Of a stretch of DNA of 64,000 bases, positions 45,158-54,269 are shown in pieces. Origin of the DNA: Escherichia phage AV128; sequence record OR352958.1, one strand, 5' to 3'. The notes under the pieces were generated by a model. The model was given only the letters and a program-made list of their open reading frames with translations. It ran no database searches and had not been told where the DNA came from. The stretch's first letter is position 1. The number at the start of each line of letters is the position of its first letter. A program made the position numbers and the translations under genes.

Positions 45158-46429
45158 TCACACAAATTTAACGTTTATGAAGCCGCGCATAGTGTTGGCC
45201 TTATCCCAAGGATTGGCAATCCACTCGCTGCCATAATCGGAAGGATAAGTTGGCGCTGCCTGTCCGCTTTTAACTGCTGCAATTTTGCAATCTTTGATAT
45301 AAAGTCCTGGATATTCGCAGGATACTGCTGAAGCAATTTCAAAAGAAGATTGAGATTGGCCTACTGTATATCCCTGCTCACCGTTAAAATTGCCATTTCC
45401 GTAATTTAGTACAGCAGCAATAATAGACTCTGCATCAGCGGTCGCCGTTCCTCTTGAAACGGTTATGTCAACATACAAATCATATATCACTGCAGTGTTA
45501 AATTTGACGAAATAAGACAACTGTGATTCTGCATCGACCACTTCGATTCCATCAGGCGAGTTTACCGGATTTCCTTGATTAGCAGCGCCAAAGTCCCAAG
45601 GTTGACCGCCCATCTTCGCCTTGAATATCGTCTCCGCAAACACCTGCTTGTCAAATGTTCCGCTTGCGCATACCCAAACACCGTTAGGCGTTGAGAACGT
45701 AATGCCGCGCACCGTTCCAGGCGCTCCTGTGTCATTCTCCACGACCATCACAGACTCTACACCGTCGACCGACATGGCGCGAGCGCGGATGGCACCAAGC
45801 GATGCAATGCCCTGCTGGTAAAGACGCTTAACGCGAGCGGCCTTTAATGCTCCGTCGCCCATGTATTGCGTGCCTGGCACGGTCGTCGTTGCTGATGTTG
45901 AATACGTTCTTGACCATCCGATGACGTCATAACCTTGCACCACTGTAAACTCTTCATCAGGCGCAACGGTAAATGAGCCATAATCTTTTGACGCAAGAGT
46001 CATGTTGCTTGTCTTGCCAGTCGAAGTGATTTGAACGTCTTCCAGCACATACCAGTATGTACCATTTGAATCAGTAAGAAGACTTCCAGCAGGAATTTCC
46101 AGCAGCGGCGTTCCCTCTGCAGTAACACCTTTCAACATTGTGCTTACATTCTTTGTGCGCTCGATGCCAAGAAGCGCCGCGATTGCATCAAGGTATACTC
46201 CATATGAGTAGTTAGGGTTGATGAGACTTCCCAATTCGGCATTATTCTTCATCACTGAAGTTCTTGCCAACGTCTCTGTTGCGATTAGCGTGCCTTGCGG
46301 CGTCGAAGCATCAACATCAAGCCCGACCCCTAAAGACTCAATCCATTCACCTTGAACATCAGCCAATAAATCTGCCGTGTCAATGGTGATCACACCAGTG
46401 CTTACTATGTAAGAATATTGTGCACTCAT
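45158..46429 (-). CDS. possible baseplate J-like protein
   Basis: Size (423 aa) and position after spike-like gene; no motif recognised. Confidence 0.4.
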   Translation of the reverse strand: MSAQYSYIVSTGVITIDTADLLADVQGEWIESLGVGLDVDASTPQGTLIATETLARTSVMKNNAELGSLINPNYSYGVYLDAIAALLGIERTKNVSTMLKGVTAEGTPLLEIPAGSLLTDSNGTYWYVLEDVQITSTGKTSNMTLASKDYGSFTVAPDEEFTVVQGYDVIGWSRTYSTSATTTVPGTQYMGDGALKAARVKRLYQQGIASLGAIRARAMSVDGVESVMVVENDTGAPGTVRGITFSTPNGVWVCASGTFDKQVFAETIFKAKMGGQPWDFGAANQGNPVNSPDGIEVVDAESQLSYFVKFNTAVIYDLYVDITVSRGTATADAESIIAAVLNYGNGNFNGEQGYTVGQSQSSFEIASAVSCEYPGLYIKDCKIAAVKSGQAAPTYPSDYGSEWIANPWDKANTMRGFINVKFV

Positions 46430-47151
46430 TCTATCATATTCCCAGTTCTGTTTCCAGGCCCGTTACCGATATGCCCGTGAGTGGATACATCAATGCCGCC
46501 GACCGTTGTGCCAGTCGGAAGCGTTGCCGTCGTTCCTTCTTTGCCTTCTATCCCACCATTGAATGTTGCCTTTCCATTTACTATCAATTGTTGATCGATA
46601 GTGGTTATCGGGGTCTTGACGTTTACTCCAGCAGACGCAGTTATGTTTATTGAGTCATCGCTTAGTGCAATTCTCACAGCGCCGCTGAGGGATTGAATTA
46701 CCATTGACCCTGCATCCTCTCCGCTTATGGTGTATTTTCGGAATACATCCGGTATGAACAGTCCATCAGCGAAAGTTTTTGCACGGCCATTGGTAGGCGC
46801 TGTCGGCTTCAATTCTTCAAGGAATGTCGACAACTCGCGGTCGCCAGCGAATATCCAGCCCAAGTCGCCTTCCTTCAAAGGGAAGTTGATCACGAATCCG
46901 CCGCCGCCGATTGCCAGTACCGGAATTGACACCAAAGGTTGACGCTCCACTGGCTTATCATCAAGACTTACGAAATGAATAACAGGTTTTATGACTGCTA
47001 AATTTTTCTTGCGGTCATAAGATATTACTTGCGCAGGAATCATGCCATCAGTGGTATACTTGCCACGGTCCAGCATTCCCTGAAGCGCGGCAAACATACT
47101 TGATTTGTCAGTTTGGTTGGGGCTTGTAAGTTGGGTTAACTTTTCTGCCAT
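46426..47151 (-). CDS. possible baseplate spike protein
   Basis: C-terminal VSTHGHIGNGPG His-x-His motif; AAGGAG RBS before ATG 47151. Confidence 0.45.
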   Translation of the reverse strand: MAEKLTQLTSPNQTDKSSMFAALQGMLDRGKYTTDGMIPAQVISYDRKKNLAVIKPVIHFVSLDDKPVERQPLVSIPVLAIGGGGFVINFPLKEGDLGWIFAGDRELSTFLEELKPTAPTNGRAKTFADGLFIPDVFRKYTISGEDAGSMVIQSLSGAVRIALSDDSINITASAGVNVKTPITTIDQQLIVNGKATFNGGIEGKEGTTATLPTGTTVGGIDVSTHGHIGNGPGNRTGNMIE

Positions 47152-47211
47152 CATAGACTCCTTATATCTGATTAACAAATTATAATCTATAAGGAGTCTA
47201 TAAGCAATATT

Positions 47212-47733
47212 TTAGCGATTTGACTTTGATTCTTTAATGGCAGCTTCGTTTGAGTAGGCTTCATTAAGTGATTTTGCTATTAGTCCATCAAACATAGCGA
47301 ATGCATCACGCAATGAATAATATTCTTCCAATTCTTTTAACGAAGCAAGACCATTGTTTATTAGGCTTGCAACCATCGGCTCAAGATAATTAGGCTCTAC
47401 GGTCGGGACGTCAGCCAAGAATCTATTTGGAATCTTAGTGCCTTTCCAATCACTGAGGAATCCAAAATTGTGCTTCTTTACCGCTTCCATTAGAACTTTC
47501 AATACAAGGTTGGGCGGCAAGTGATTTGGCACACTTTTCACTTCTTCACTGATGGCCTTCTCAGAGTTTAATCTGACTTTAGTTCCGTCATATTTAATAA
47601 CGTGACATTCACTTAATAATTCAAGTGGAGTTAATATGCTTATCGCATCAACCATTTCAAACGCGTCTATTGCGCTGAATTGATGAATTTCATAAGTTAC
47701 GCCAAACAAGTCGATTATTTTGTTCTTTCTCAT
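47212..47733 (-). CDS. hypothetical tail-module protein
   Basis: ORF in late block; ATG 47733 chosen, track start is TTG. Confidence 0.4.
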   Translation of the reverse strand: MRKNKIIDLFGVTYEIHQFSAIDAFEMVDAISILTPLELLSECHVIKYDGTKVRLNSEKAISEEVKSVPNHLPPNLVLKVLMEAVKKHNFGFLSDWKGTKIPNRFLADVPTVEPNYLEPMVASLINNGLASLKELEEYYSLRDAFAMFDGLIAKSLNEAYSNEAAIKESKSNR

Positions 47734-47734
47734 A

Positions 47735-48607
47735 TTATGCCGATGGTGCAACGCCGCCCGTCACCGTAAATATATCATCACGACTCGCTAAATCATATTC
47801 AAGTTGCATGATGACAAATGTGGTGTCGTTCAAGCTTGGGTTTAAGACTGATTTGAATTTAACACCTTGTGCAAGCTTCAAATCTGCGTTATACATACAA
47901 GTGAAGTCTGCACCCCACTCATTCCACATCGGTATTCCGACAAATTCCTCAATGACCGTTATCTGGTCTGGATTTAGAATTTTGTCTTTGTCCTTAACAA
48001 TTAACGTATCGTCATCAATGTATGCCGCGATTGAGTTGCGTTGATAGTTCTGGATCTCAAGCAGCAGCGCAGCAGCAACATATGTCGTTCTTCCTGGATT
48101 CACAAGGCGCTGATTGTTAATCGACGTGTCGCAAATAACAGTATCAATGTCCATTTGCTTTGCAGACCATTCCACAAACTCTTTGAAAGTCGGGTTGGAT
48201 GGTGCGGCTTGAGTTATGAACTTCGTTCTGTTTATTTGGTTGGTGTAACAAGTGATTCTGATAACAATATTCGGCGGCGGCGCGGTGATCTCAACTGTCG
48301 TCACCTGTCCCTTGTATACCAAGTTGCTGCTGATTACGCTCCCTTCTCTGTATCCAGCTTCAATAGTCACATTAACGTAGTTCGCCGCCAACTGGCCTTG
48401 ATCACGCAGACGTTTGTTGAATGCCGTGAAGTTGGAAAGCAGGTACTCTCTCAAGTACCCTGTTAATCCTGCGACTTCAATCGTGGCCTTATTCTGAACG
48501 GAAAGTGCTGCCTTTTTGATTCGGCATCTGAGCATCAATCCTTCATCAAGAACTTGGCTTGTGCCATCCGGCATAGATAAGGTGACCTTAAGGATTCTCT
48601 TTTTCAA
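47735..48607 (-). CDS. hypothetical tail-module protein (290 aa)
   Basis: Immediately downstream of tape measure gene; start uncertain (TTG or internal ATG 48574). Confidence 0.4.
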   Translation of the reverse strand: MKKRILKVTLSMPDGTSQVLDEGLMLRCRIKKAALSVQNKATIEVAGLTGYLREYLLSNFTAFNKRLRDQGQLAANYVNVTIEAGYREGSVISSNLVYKGQVTTVEITAPPPNIVIRITCYTNQINRTKFITQAAPSNPTFKEFVEWSAKQMDIDTVICDTSINNQRLVNPGRTTYVAAALLLEIQNYQRNSIAAYIDDDTLIVKDKDKILNPDQITVIEEFVGIPMWNEWGADFTCMYNADLKLAQGVKFKSVLNPSLNDTTFVIMQLEYDLASRDDIFTVTGGVAPSA

Positions 48608-48611
48608 ATTA

Positions 48612-50792
48612 TCACCACTTCAAAGGTGTAGCAGTAAGGTTGTTTATGTCGTTGATATCATCTTGTTCAAGCACACGCTTAGTCTCAATCGCCGTGCTTC
48701 TTGGGTCTTGAGCGCCGTTGACGTTGATGACAACGTTTTTCTGACCCATAGTAATATCACGCCCACCAGGTCGACTATTCGCGGAAAGGTCGCCGCCGTA
48801 TTTCTGGAATGCTTCAAGCTGGAATGCCGCAAGACGAGCATTCTTCATGGCTTCGGCCTGAATGTTCGGCCTTACACCTGGAGTTGAAGCCAGCTGCATG
48901 TTTTTAATATAATCCCTTTGCGTTCCAAGTTTAAGGTAAGTTTGAGCAAAGTCAATATCACCTTTGTTGACTTGTCCTTGCATCAGCTGCTCAACTGGCA
49001 CGTTGAGGTATCCTGCAATAGCTTCTTGCAGCTGTCTGTATTGCACCGTTTGGCGGGATTGGCCCTGTACTGGAGCGTAGCTGCCTTTTGGCGCTTCTAC
49101 TCCGCTACCGCTAAGCACTGGAGTAACTGGTGCACCTTGCGGCGCTCCCGTGGCGTATTCTCCATTTGCCTGTCGTTCGAGAGCGGCCATCACCTTGCCA
49201 GGGTATGCGCGGGTGTTCTTTCCCCATCCGCTGCGGTCATATCCGCCGTGATACATAGTCAGCGCAAGATTCCAATCGCCATTGGCAGCAGTTAAATATT
49301 CCTTGAGAAGTTGAGCGCCGCCCATAATGTTTTGTCTTGGGTCGTTACCGTCTGTGATGCCAAGTCCCTTGAAGTTGGAAGGCATTATTTGCATCAATCC
49401 GGTCGCGCCTGCTCCGCTTACGGCATTAGGGTTGAATCCAGATTCGACTTCTGTGACGGCCTTCATCATCGCAACAGGGATTCCATAACGCTTGGAGGCT
49501 TCCTCATAGATTGAGTCATATGCAGTCGGATTTCCTGACCCCAAGTTGTTACCTACGGTCGCACCAGTGCTTAGTGCTGGCGTGCCAGGCATTGCGGATT
49601 GGCCTGCGCTTCGTCCTATCTCACCAGCCCATGCAGCCCACGCTTGTCGCTCATCAATAACACCAGCAAAGGTTGAAACGGCGCTTGAAAACAGGTTTAT
49701 ATCGCGAGTGAAAAGTGCTTGCGCAGAACGTTGTTCAGCCGCGTTTTGCTCCTGGTTCCTCTGGCGTTTCACATCGCCGTCGGCCATCTGAGTGATCCAT
49801 CTATCAACGGCACGCTCGTGACGCTCGTTAACAGCCGCCTGTTTATCGAACGGGTGTTTCAAATCAGCGATGAAATTGTCGACAAATTCAGACCATCCAT
49901 CAGACATCCTTTGGAACATCATCTGGAATCCTTCGACTGTATCGGCAGTCTTGCTGACAAGCGTCGAGAATGCAGGCATCACGTTCTCACCGATTACCAG
50001 TTCAATGCGTCGCCAGTCTTCTTGAATTTGGCCCATGCTGTTTCGTATCGTTTCAAGCGCAGCCTGCTGTCTTTGCAGCTTCGCCGTTTCTTCGTCGCTT
50101 ATACGGGTGCTTTCTTTGACTGATTGATTTCGCTCACGAAGCGCACGGACTTCATCGGCGGTAAAACCTGCCAGAGCACCAATAGCACGAGCGGTTTGCT
50201 CATTCACACTTCTCAGCTTTGTGCCAATTTCATCAAGCAGCTGGTTTGTGTCTTTGATGCCGCCGTTACTGTTGAAAGGACTGGTCCCCATCTTGTTCAG
50301 CAGCAAGTTATCCTTGTTCATCACATCGGGGTTGGTGTATGCGTTGAATGCGAGATTAGAAGCCTTGCTGATTAAATCCCTTGACCCTTGCGCACCAAGA
50401 ACTCCGCCTGAACTTTCATTCAATTGTCGCTGTAATTGCTCTACGCCAATTGGTGAAAGACCTGCTTCAAATCCAAGCTTCCTTTGCGCTTCGTATTCTT
50501 TTCGAACATCAACGATAGATTTGACTACGACAGCCAATCCTGCGACAACAGGGACGAGCGCGGCAAAGCGATAAGTAAGCCGCGCAAGGATTCCGTCAAT
50601 AGACCCCAGTTCAGCTGTGAGAGGCTTCAACTCACCAAACACATCCTTGAATGCTCCAGTGAAGTCTTTGCCAGCGGACTTTGCCTTTTTGTTTGTCTGA
50701 TCAACCTTATCTTGCAATTGCTCAAGACGATTGATGGACTCTTTCAAGTCCACCGTGTATTGAAGAACAAATTTTTCTAATGAGTCAGACAC
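48612..50792 (-). CDS. tail tape measure protein with lytic transglycosylase (SLT) domain
   Basis: Long coiled-coil N-terminal half; C-terminal AVTEVESGFNPNAVSGAGATGLMQIM SLT motif; GTG start with AAGGGG RBS. Confidence 0.8.
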   Translation of the reverse strand: MSDSLEKFVLQYTVDLKESINRLEQLQDKVDQTNKKAKSAGKDFTGAFKDVFGELKPLTAELGSIDGILARLTYRFAALVPVVAGLAVVVKSIVDVRKEYEAQRKLGFEAGLSPIGVEQLQRQLNESSGGVLGAQGSRDLISKASNLAFNAYTNPDVMNKDNLLLNKMGTSPFNSNGGIKDTNQLLDEIGTKLRSVNEQTARAIGALAGFTADEVRALRERNQSVKESTRISDEETAKLQRQQAALETIRNSMGQIQEDWRRIELVIGENVMPAFSTLVSKTADTVEGFQMMFQRMSDGWSEFVDNFIADLKHPFDKQAAVNERHERAVDRWITQMADGDVKRQRNQEQNAAEQRSAQALFTRDINLFSSAVSTFAGVIDERQAWAAWAGEIGRSAGQSAMPGTPALSTGATVGNNLGSGNPTAYDSIYEEASKRYGIPVAMMKAVTEVESGFNPNAVSGAGATGLMQIMPSNFKGLGITDGNDPRQNIMGGAQLLKEYLTAANGDWNLALTMYHGGYDRSGWGKNTRAYPGKVMAALERQANGEYATGAPQGAPVTPVLSGSGVEAPKGSYAPVQGQSRQTVQYRQLQEAIAGYLNVPVEQLMQGQVNKGDIDFAQTYLKLGTQRDYIKNMQLASTPGVRPNIQAEAMKNARLAAFQLEAFQKYGGDLSANSRPGGRDITMGQKNVVINVNGAQDPRSTAIETKRVLEQDDINDINNLTATPLKW

Positions 50793-50795
50793 AGT

Positions 50796-51212
50796 TTACC
50801 CCTTGTTTGGAGTCTCGCCGCTGAGGAATGGCGCGATTAATCGCATCGATTCGCCAATAAATGCTGCAGCCATTTCGCCGCCAGCCTGTTCCCAGTATCC
50901 TTCACGTTCAGCGTGAGTCTCTGGGTTTATTCCGTTTTCCATCAACACCGCTTCGAAAACCAATTTCAAGTTTTCCCAGTCGCCAAGATGGTTGTCAATC
51001 AGTGCGCCAGTGCTCAGAGGAATTTCTTGCCCTACATCAAGTTCAACCTTTGCAAAGCTTAATACTTCCATTGTATATTCTGAACGAAATGCAGGGTCCT
51101 TTGACATTGCAAATTCGATGAATCGGCGCTGTATGTTCCAACCTTCCATCGCAGTCATTTTGCTGATTTTAATTTCTACTTTGCGACCAGTTTGTTTATT
51201 GGTGATCTTCAT
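50796..51212 (-). CDS. possible tail assembly chaperone
   Basis: Small acidic protein directly upstream of tape measure gene. Confidence 0.4.
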   Translation of the reverse strand: MKITNKQTGRKVEIKISKMTAMEGWNIQRRFIEFAMSKDPAFRSEYTMEVLSFAKVELDVGQEIPLSTGALIDNHLGDWENLKLVFEAVLMENGINPETHAEREGYWEQAGGEMAAAFIGESMRLIAPFLSGETPNKG

Positions 51213-51213
51213 T

Positions 51214-51774
51214 TTATATTCCTACTGTTGATTTTATTTTATTATATAACGAACTCACAGTTGTAGTCAAACTGACTGGCTCTTTAATAGCCACGCCATT
51301 TGACGATTCATCTGCGGACTGTTTAGGGTCAAAGCTTCCCTGAATACTAAATGACGTCTGTTCAAATGTTATTACAATTGAGACTCCATTCAGGTTTTCT
51401 TCTGACTGAGTTATTTCGACATCAGACATCGACATTTTGCTTGCAATTATGCTTCGAGAAGTTATTGAAAATGTAACTTCATCATTGTCGAATGTATTAA
51501 TTATGTTTTCAATAGTCGATTGGTCATTGCAAATTACGTTTAGCGCCATGTGCGCTGGCATTATTACTTTTGCCGCCTGTAAATTGCTTACTGAGGATGT
51601 GCTTGATACTTCCACCACCTGCATCGCCGTTCCAGCAAGTGGAAATTGAGTAGTTTCTGCTGGTGATGTTATTTCTGCAGACACTGGAGAAAGCTTTGTC
51701 CATACAGGAATCCCTGTTGACTCATTCGTTATGGTCAGAGATTGACCAGAGAGCAGAATCGAAACAAAGTCCAT
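51214..51774 (-). CDS. hypothetical tail-module protein
   Basis: ORF in late block. Confidence 0.4.
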   Translation of the reverse strand: MDFVSILLSGQSLTITNESTGIPVWTKLSPVSAEITSPAETTQFPLAGTAMQVVEVSSTSSVSNLQAAKVIMPAHMALNVICNDQSTIENIINTFDNDEVTFSITSRSIIASKMSMSDVEITQSEENLNGVSIVITFEQTSFSIQGSFDPKQSADESSNGVAIKEPVSLTTTVSSLYNKIKSTVGI

Positions 51775-52307
51775 CAGAACATCCCCTTGATGCCATTCAT
51801 CACCTTTGTTGCAACGCCAGTGACGCTGGCAGTAGTCTCTTTTATATAAGCGATGCCGCGCTCAATGACAGTGGAGTCGGCTGCTTGCGCTGTTTGAATA
51901 GACACATCCTGCTGTGTTAATATCTCATGGAAGACCAGTTGTATGGGTTGTGAGGTTATATTGTCAGCATCTTGGCTGAAATTGTTATTTTGCAGCACCA
52001 TACGTTCAAAGATTAGCCCACGAGAATTTATTGTGTATATAGTGGACCTGTTCTGCAACATCTTTGCGATTGCGTCGGACGCGCTTTTTGTCTGCGCTAT
52101 TACAGTCACAGTCAATATTCTAGGCATTTTGACTCTGCCATCGACAATATAGCTTCCATCTTCCCTTTGGTTCTTGAATATCTTTGCTTGGAGTCTTATT
52201 TTAACGTTAACAATCGCCCAACCAAGCGTTGACACTTCCCCAAGGTTGAAGCTTCTTATTGTGAAGCTTCTGTTGGAAAGACTATATGACAATAAATCGA
52301 TAGCCAT
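51774..52307 (-). CDS. hypothetical tail-module protein
   Basis: ORF in late block. Confidence 0.4.
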   Translation of the reverse strand: MAIDLLSYSLSNRSFTIRSFNLGEVSTLGWAIVNVKIRLQAKIFKNQREDGSYIVDGRVKMPRILTVTVIAQTKSASDAIAKMLQNRSTIYTINSRGLIFERMVLQNNNFSQDADNITSQPIQLVFHEILTQQDVSIQTAQAADSTVIERGIAYIKETTASVTGVATKVMNGIKGMF

Positions 52308-52804
52308 TAAATTGACCCCAATATGCTCTGCACCACGCCTTTTGCAATTTGCGATGTGCTCTGTGCGCCGCCGTAGCTGGCAAACACGAATGTGTATCTG
52401 TTTGTCTTACGACGACCGGACTGCTCAATGGAGTCGCCAAGCGGACCGCTGATGATGGTCCCGTTCGAAAATGCTACTCTGCCGCCATCAGGATATGTAA
52501 TAAGCATTGATGTGACATCCTGTATAGGAAGCCACTTGAATCCGCCTTTACGAGCGGAAAGCAAAAGCTTTAGGTTTATGTCATCTTCAGTGTTTGGGAT
52601 CACCGCAATGGATACGCGAACGACGGCGGCCTTGTCATAAATACAAATGCCGCCGTCGTAAGTAAGTTGATAGCCTACTGATTCAACTTCCTCAATAATT
52701 AGCGAATCCTGGTCATCAGACAAAGAACTGATATTCAGCCCAACAGGGAAAGATTGGAGAGCGACAATTCTAATGCTTGTGCCAAATCCACTAATATTGA
52801 CCAT
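52307..52804 (-). CDS. tail tube-like protein, paralog 2
   Basis: N-terminus MVNISGFGTSIRIVAL matches MINVSGFGASIRLVAS of 53755-54222. Confidence 0.45.
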   Translation of the reverse strand: MVNISGFGTSIRIVALQSFPVGLNISSLSDDQDSLIIEEVESVGYQLTYDGGICIYDKAAVVRVSIAVIPNTEDDINLKLLLSARKGGFKWLPIQDVTSMLITYPDGGRVAFSNGTIISGPLGDSIEQSGRRKTNRYTFVFASYGGAQSTSQIAKGVVQSILGSI

Positions 52805-52806
52805 GT

Positions 52807-53073
52807 TTACTCCGCAGATGCAGATTTAACTGCCGCAAGAATTTCATCCTTATAAGAAAGACCTTTAATGTCAATCTCATGTTCCTTTGCATAAGCCTTC
52901 AATTCAGAGACGCTCATTGAATCAAAATCAACTTTTGACTCTACTGTCTTCTCTTCTACCTGTTCTTTCTTCTCCGCAACAGGGTTTGAAGTCTTTTTGA
53001 ATAATTCCGATGCGTCTTCAAATTTTTCGCCAAATTTCATGACGCCATTAGCAAAATGAATTACTTGTGCCAT
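52807..53073 (-). CDS. small protein with Rho-N/HeH-like motif
   Basis: MSVSELKAYAKEHEIDIKGLSYKDEILAAV resembles helix-extension-helix motif. Confidence 0.4.
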   Translation of the reverse strand: MAQVIHFANGVMKFGEKFEDASELFKKTSNPVAEKKEQVEEKTVESKVDFDSMSVSELKAYAKEHEIDIKGLSYKDEILAAVKSASAE

Positions 53074-53429
53074 TATTGATTACTCACCTTTATACGTTCG
53101 CCATAAATAGTCACCACTTCAGCGGTGAATCCAAGAATACCGTTTTGGATGGTGACAGTCAATGAGTCGATTCCGGCAACGTCTGCTTTCTTCAGAATAG
53201 CATCTGCAATCGACTTTCTCGCACCGTCTTCATCAACGGGCGATTTGAAAACAGTGCCCAAATAATCGACTCCGTTTTCAACATCGTACAAGTCTTCACC
53301 AAGTCGCATTTGATGCGCCGCCTTGATAACTTGTACCATGGCCTTTTCTCCTGACAGAATATTCAAATTTCTTCCATCAGGCAGAAACAGGTCATTGTTA
53401 TCATTAACTTCAATCGTTAGAGTTGTCAA
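53073..53429 (-). CDS. possible baseplate wedge protein (gp25/GpW-like)
   Basis: DLFLPDGRNLNILSGEKAMVQVIKAAHQMRLGEDLYDVENGVDYLGTVF fits the family pattern. Confidence 0.45.
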   Translation of the reverse strand: MTTLTIEVNDNNDLFLPDGRNLNILSGEKAMVQVIKAAHQMRLGEDLYDVENGVDYLGTVFKSPVDEDGARKSIADAILKKADVAGIDSLTVTIQNGILGFTAEVVTIYGERIKVSNQ

Positions 53430-53755
53430 ATTGCAAACTCCGCTTCAGCAGTTTTCTGGAATTCAGCCAACTCAGATTCTGACATGTAATATAAATTACA
53501 GCCGCCAGAGTTAAAATGCTCATAATCGGGTACGCTGTCAAAAATAAAGTTGCCGTACCCAATCATGAGATATTTATAAGGCACCATTGGTATACCACCA
53601 AAACAACGTACCCCCTGAATCAACAATTCGCCATTGCGGTAAACATCTGCGCACATGTGCTCAATTGCGGCGAATATGTGCAGCTGCCAATAAGCACCGT
53701 CAACGTTAAAGCTGATATTCTGGTTAGGTACGCTGTCAAGTGGTATTTGATACAT
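53426..53755 (-). CDS. hypothetical tail-module protein
   Basis: ORF in late block. Confidence 0.4.
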   Translation of the reverse strand: MYQIPLDSVPNQNISFNVDGAYWQLHIFAAIEHMCADVYRNGELLIQGVRCFGGIPMVPYKYLMIGYGNFIFDSVPDYEHFNSGGCNLYYMSESELAEFQKTAEAEFAI

Positions 53756-54222
53756 TATAAAATCTCTTGGTTGCTCACGCCAGTTTTGACTACGTTCTCA
53801 AACTTAAAGCGATATTGACGTGTTTTTACACGACCCTGAGACTGGATGCCAGGAATCACTGAACCAGTCGTCAAAGTTCCCTTGTTCAGTGTGATTACCA
53901 TGCCAGAAGGGTAGGTCAGAATAAGGGTGATCACGTCTTTCGCAGAGTTCTTGCGCTTGCCTACACGGTTAGCCGCTGCCAGAACATCTAAGTTTACATC
54001 GCTTTCAGAAGTAGGGATGATGTTGACGCCTACTTCAAGAGGGTTGGCACGGTTCCAGACTACCAAGTCACCGTTCAATCCCATTGCCGCTTCAGAGATT
54101 TGAAGATCAGGCGCGTCAATCGGATCAGCATCATCTGCGAAATCAGAAAGAGTTACACCATTTGGAAAAGTGTTTGATGCCACTAAACGAATCGAAGCGC
54201 CAAAACCGGAAACGTTAATCAT
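53755..54222 (-). CDS. tail tube-like protein, paralog 1
   Basis: 155 aa directly downstream of the 512-aa sheath-like gene; paralog of 52307-52804. Confidence 0.45.
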   Translation of the reverse strand: MINVSGFGASIRLVASNTFPNGVTLSDFADDADPIDAPDLQISEAAMGLNGDLVVWNRANPLEVGVNIIPTSESDVNLDVLAAANRVGKRKNSAKDVITLILTYPSGMVITLNKGTLTTGSVIPGIQSQGRVKTRQYRFKFENVVKTGVSNQEIL

Positions 54223-54269
54223 TACAGATTCCTCTCAGAGAGATGGCCGCCAGTTACGGCGGCAATTAT

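Noticed and set aside
51212-51216. Programmed frameshift between the two ORFs upstream of the tape measure gene
   Set aside because: The junction is a simple ATGA-type stop-start overlap needing a +1 shift, with no slippery heptamer.
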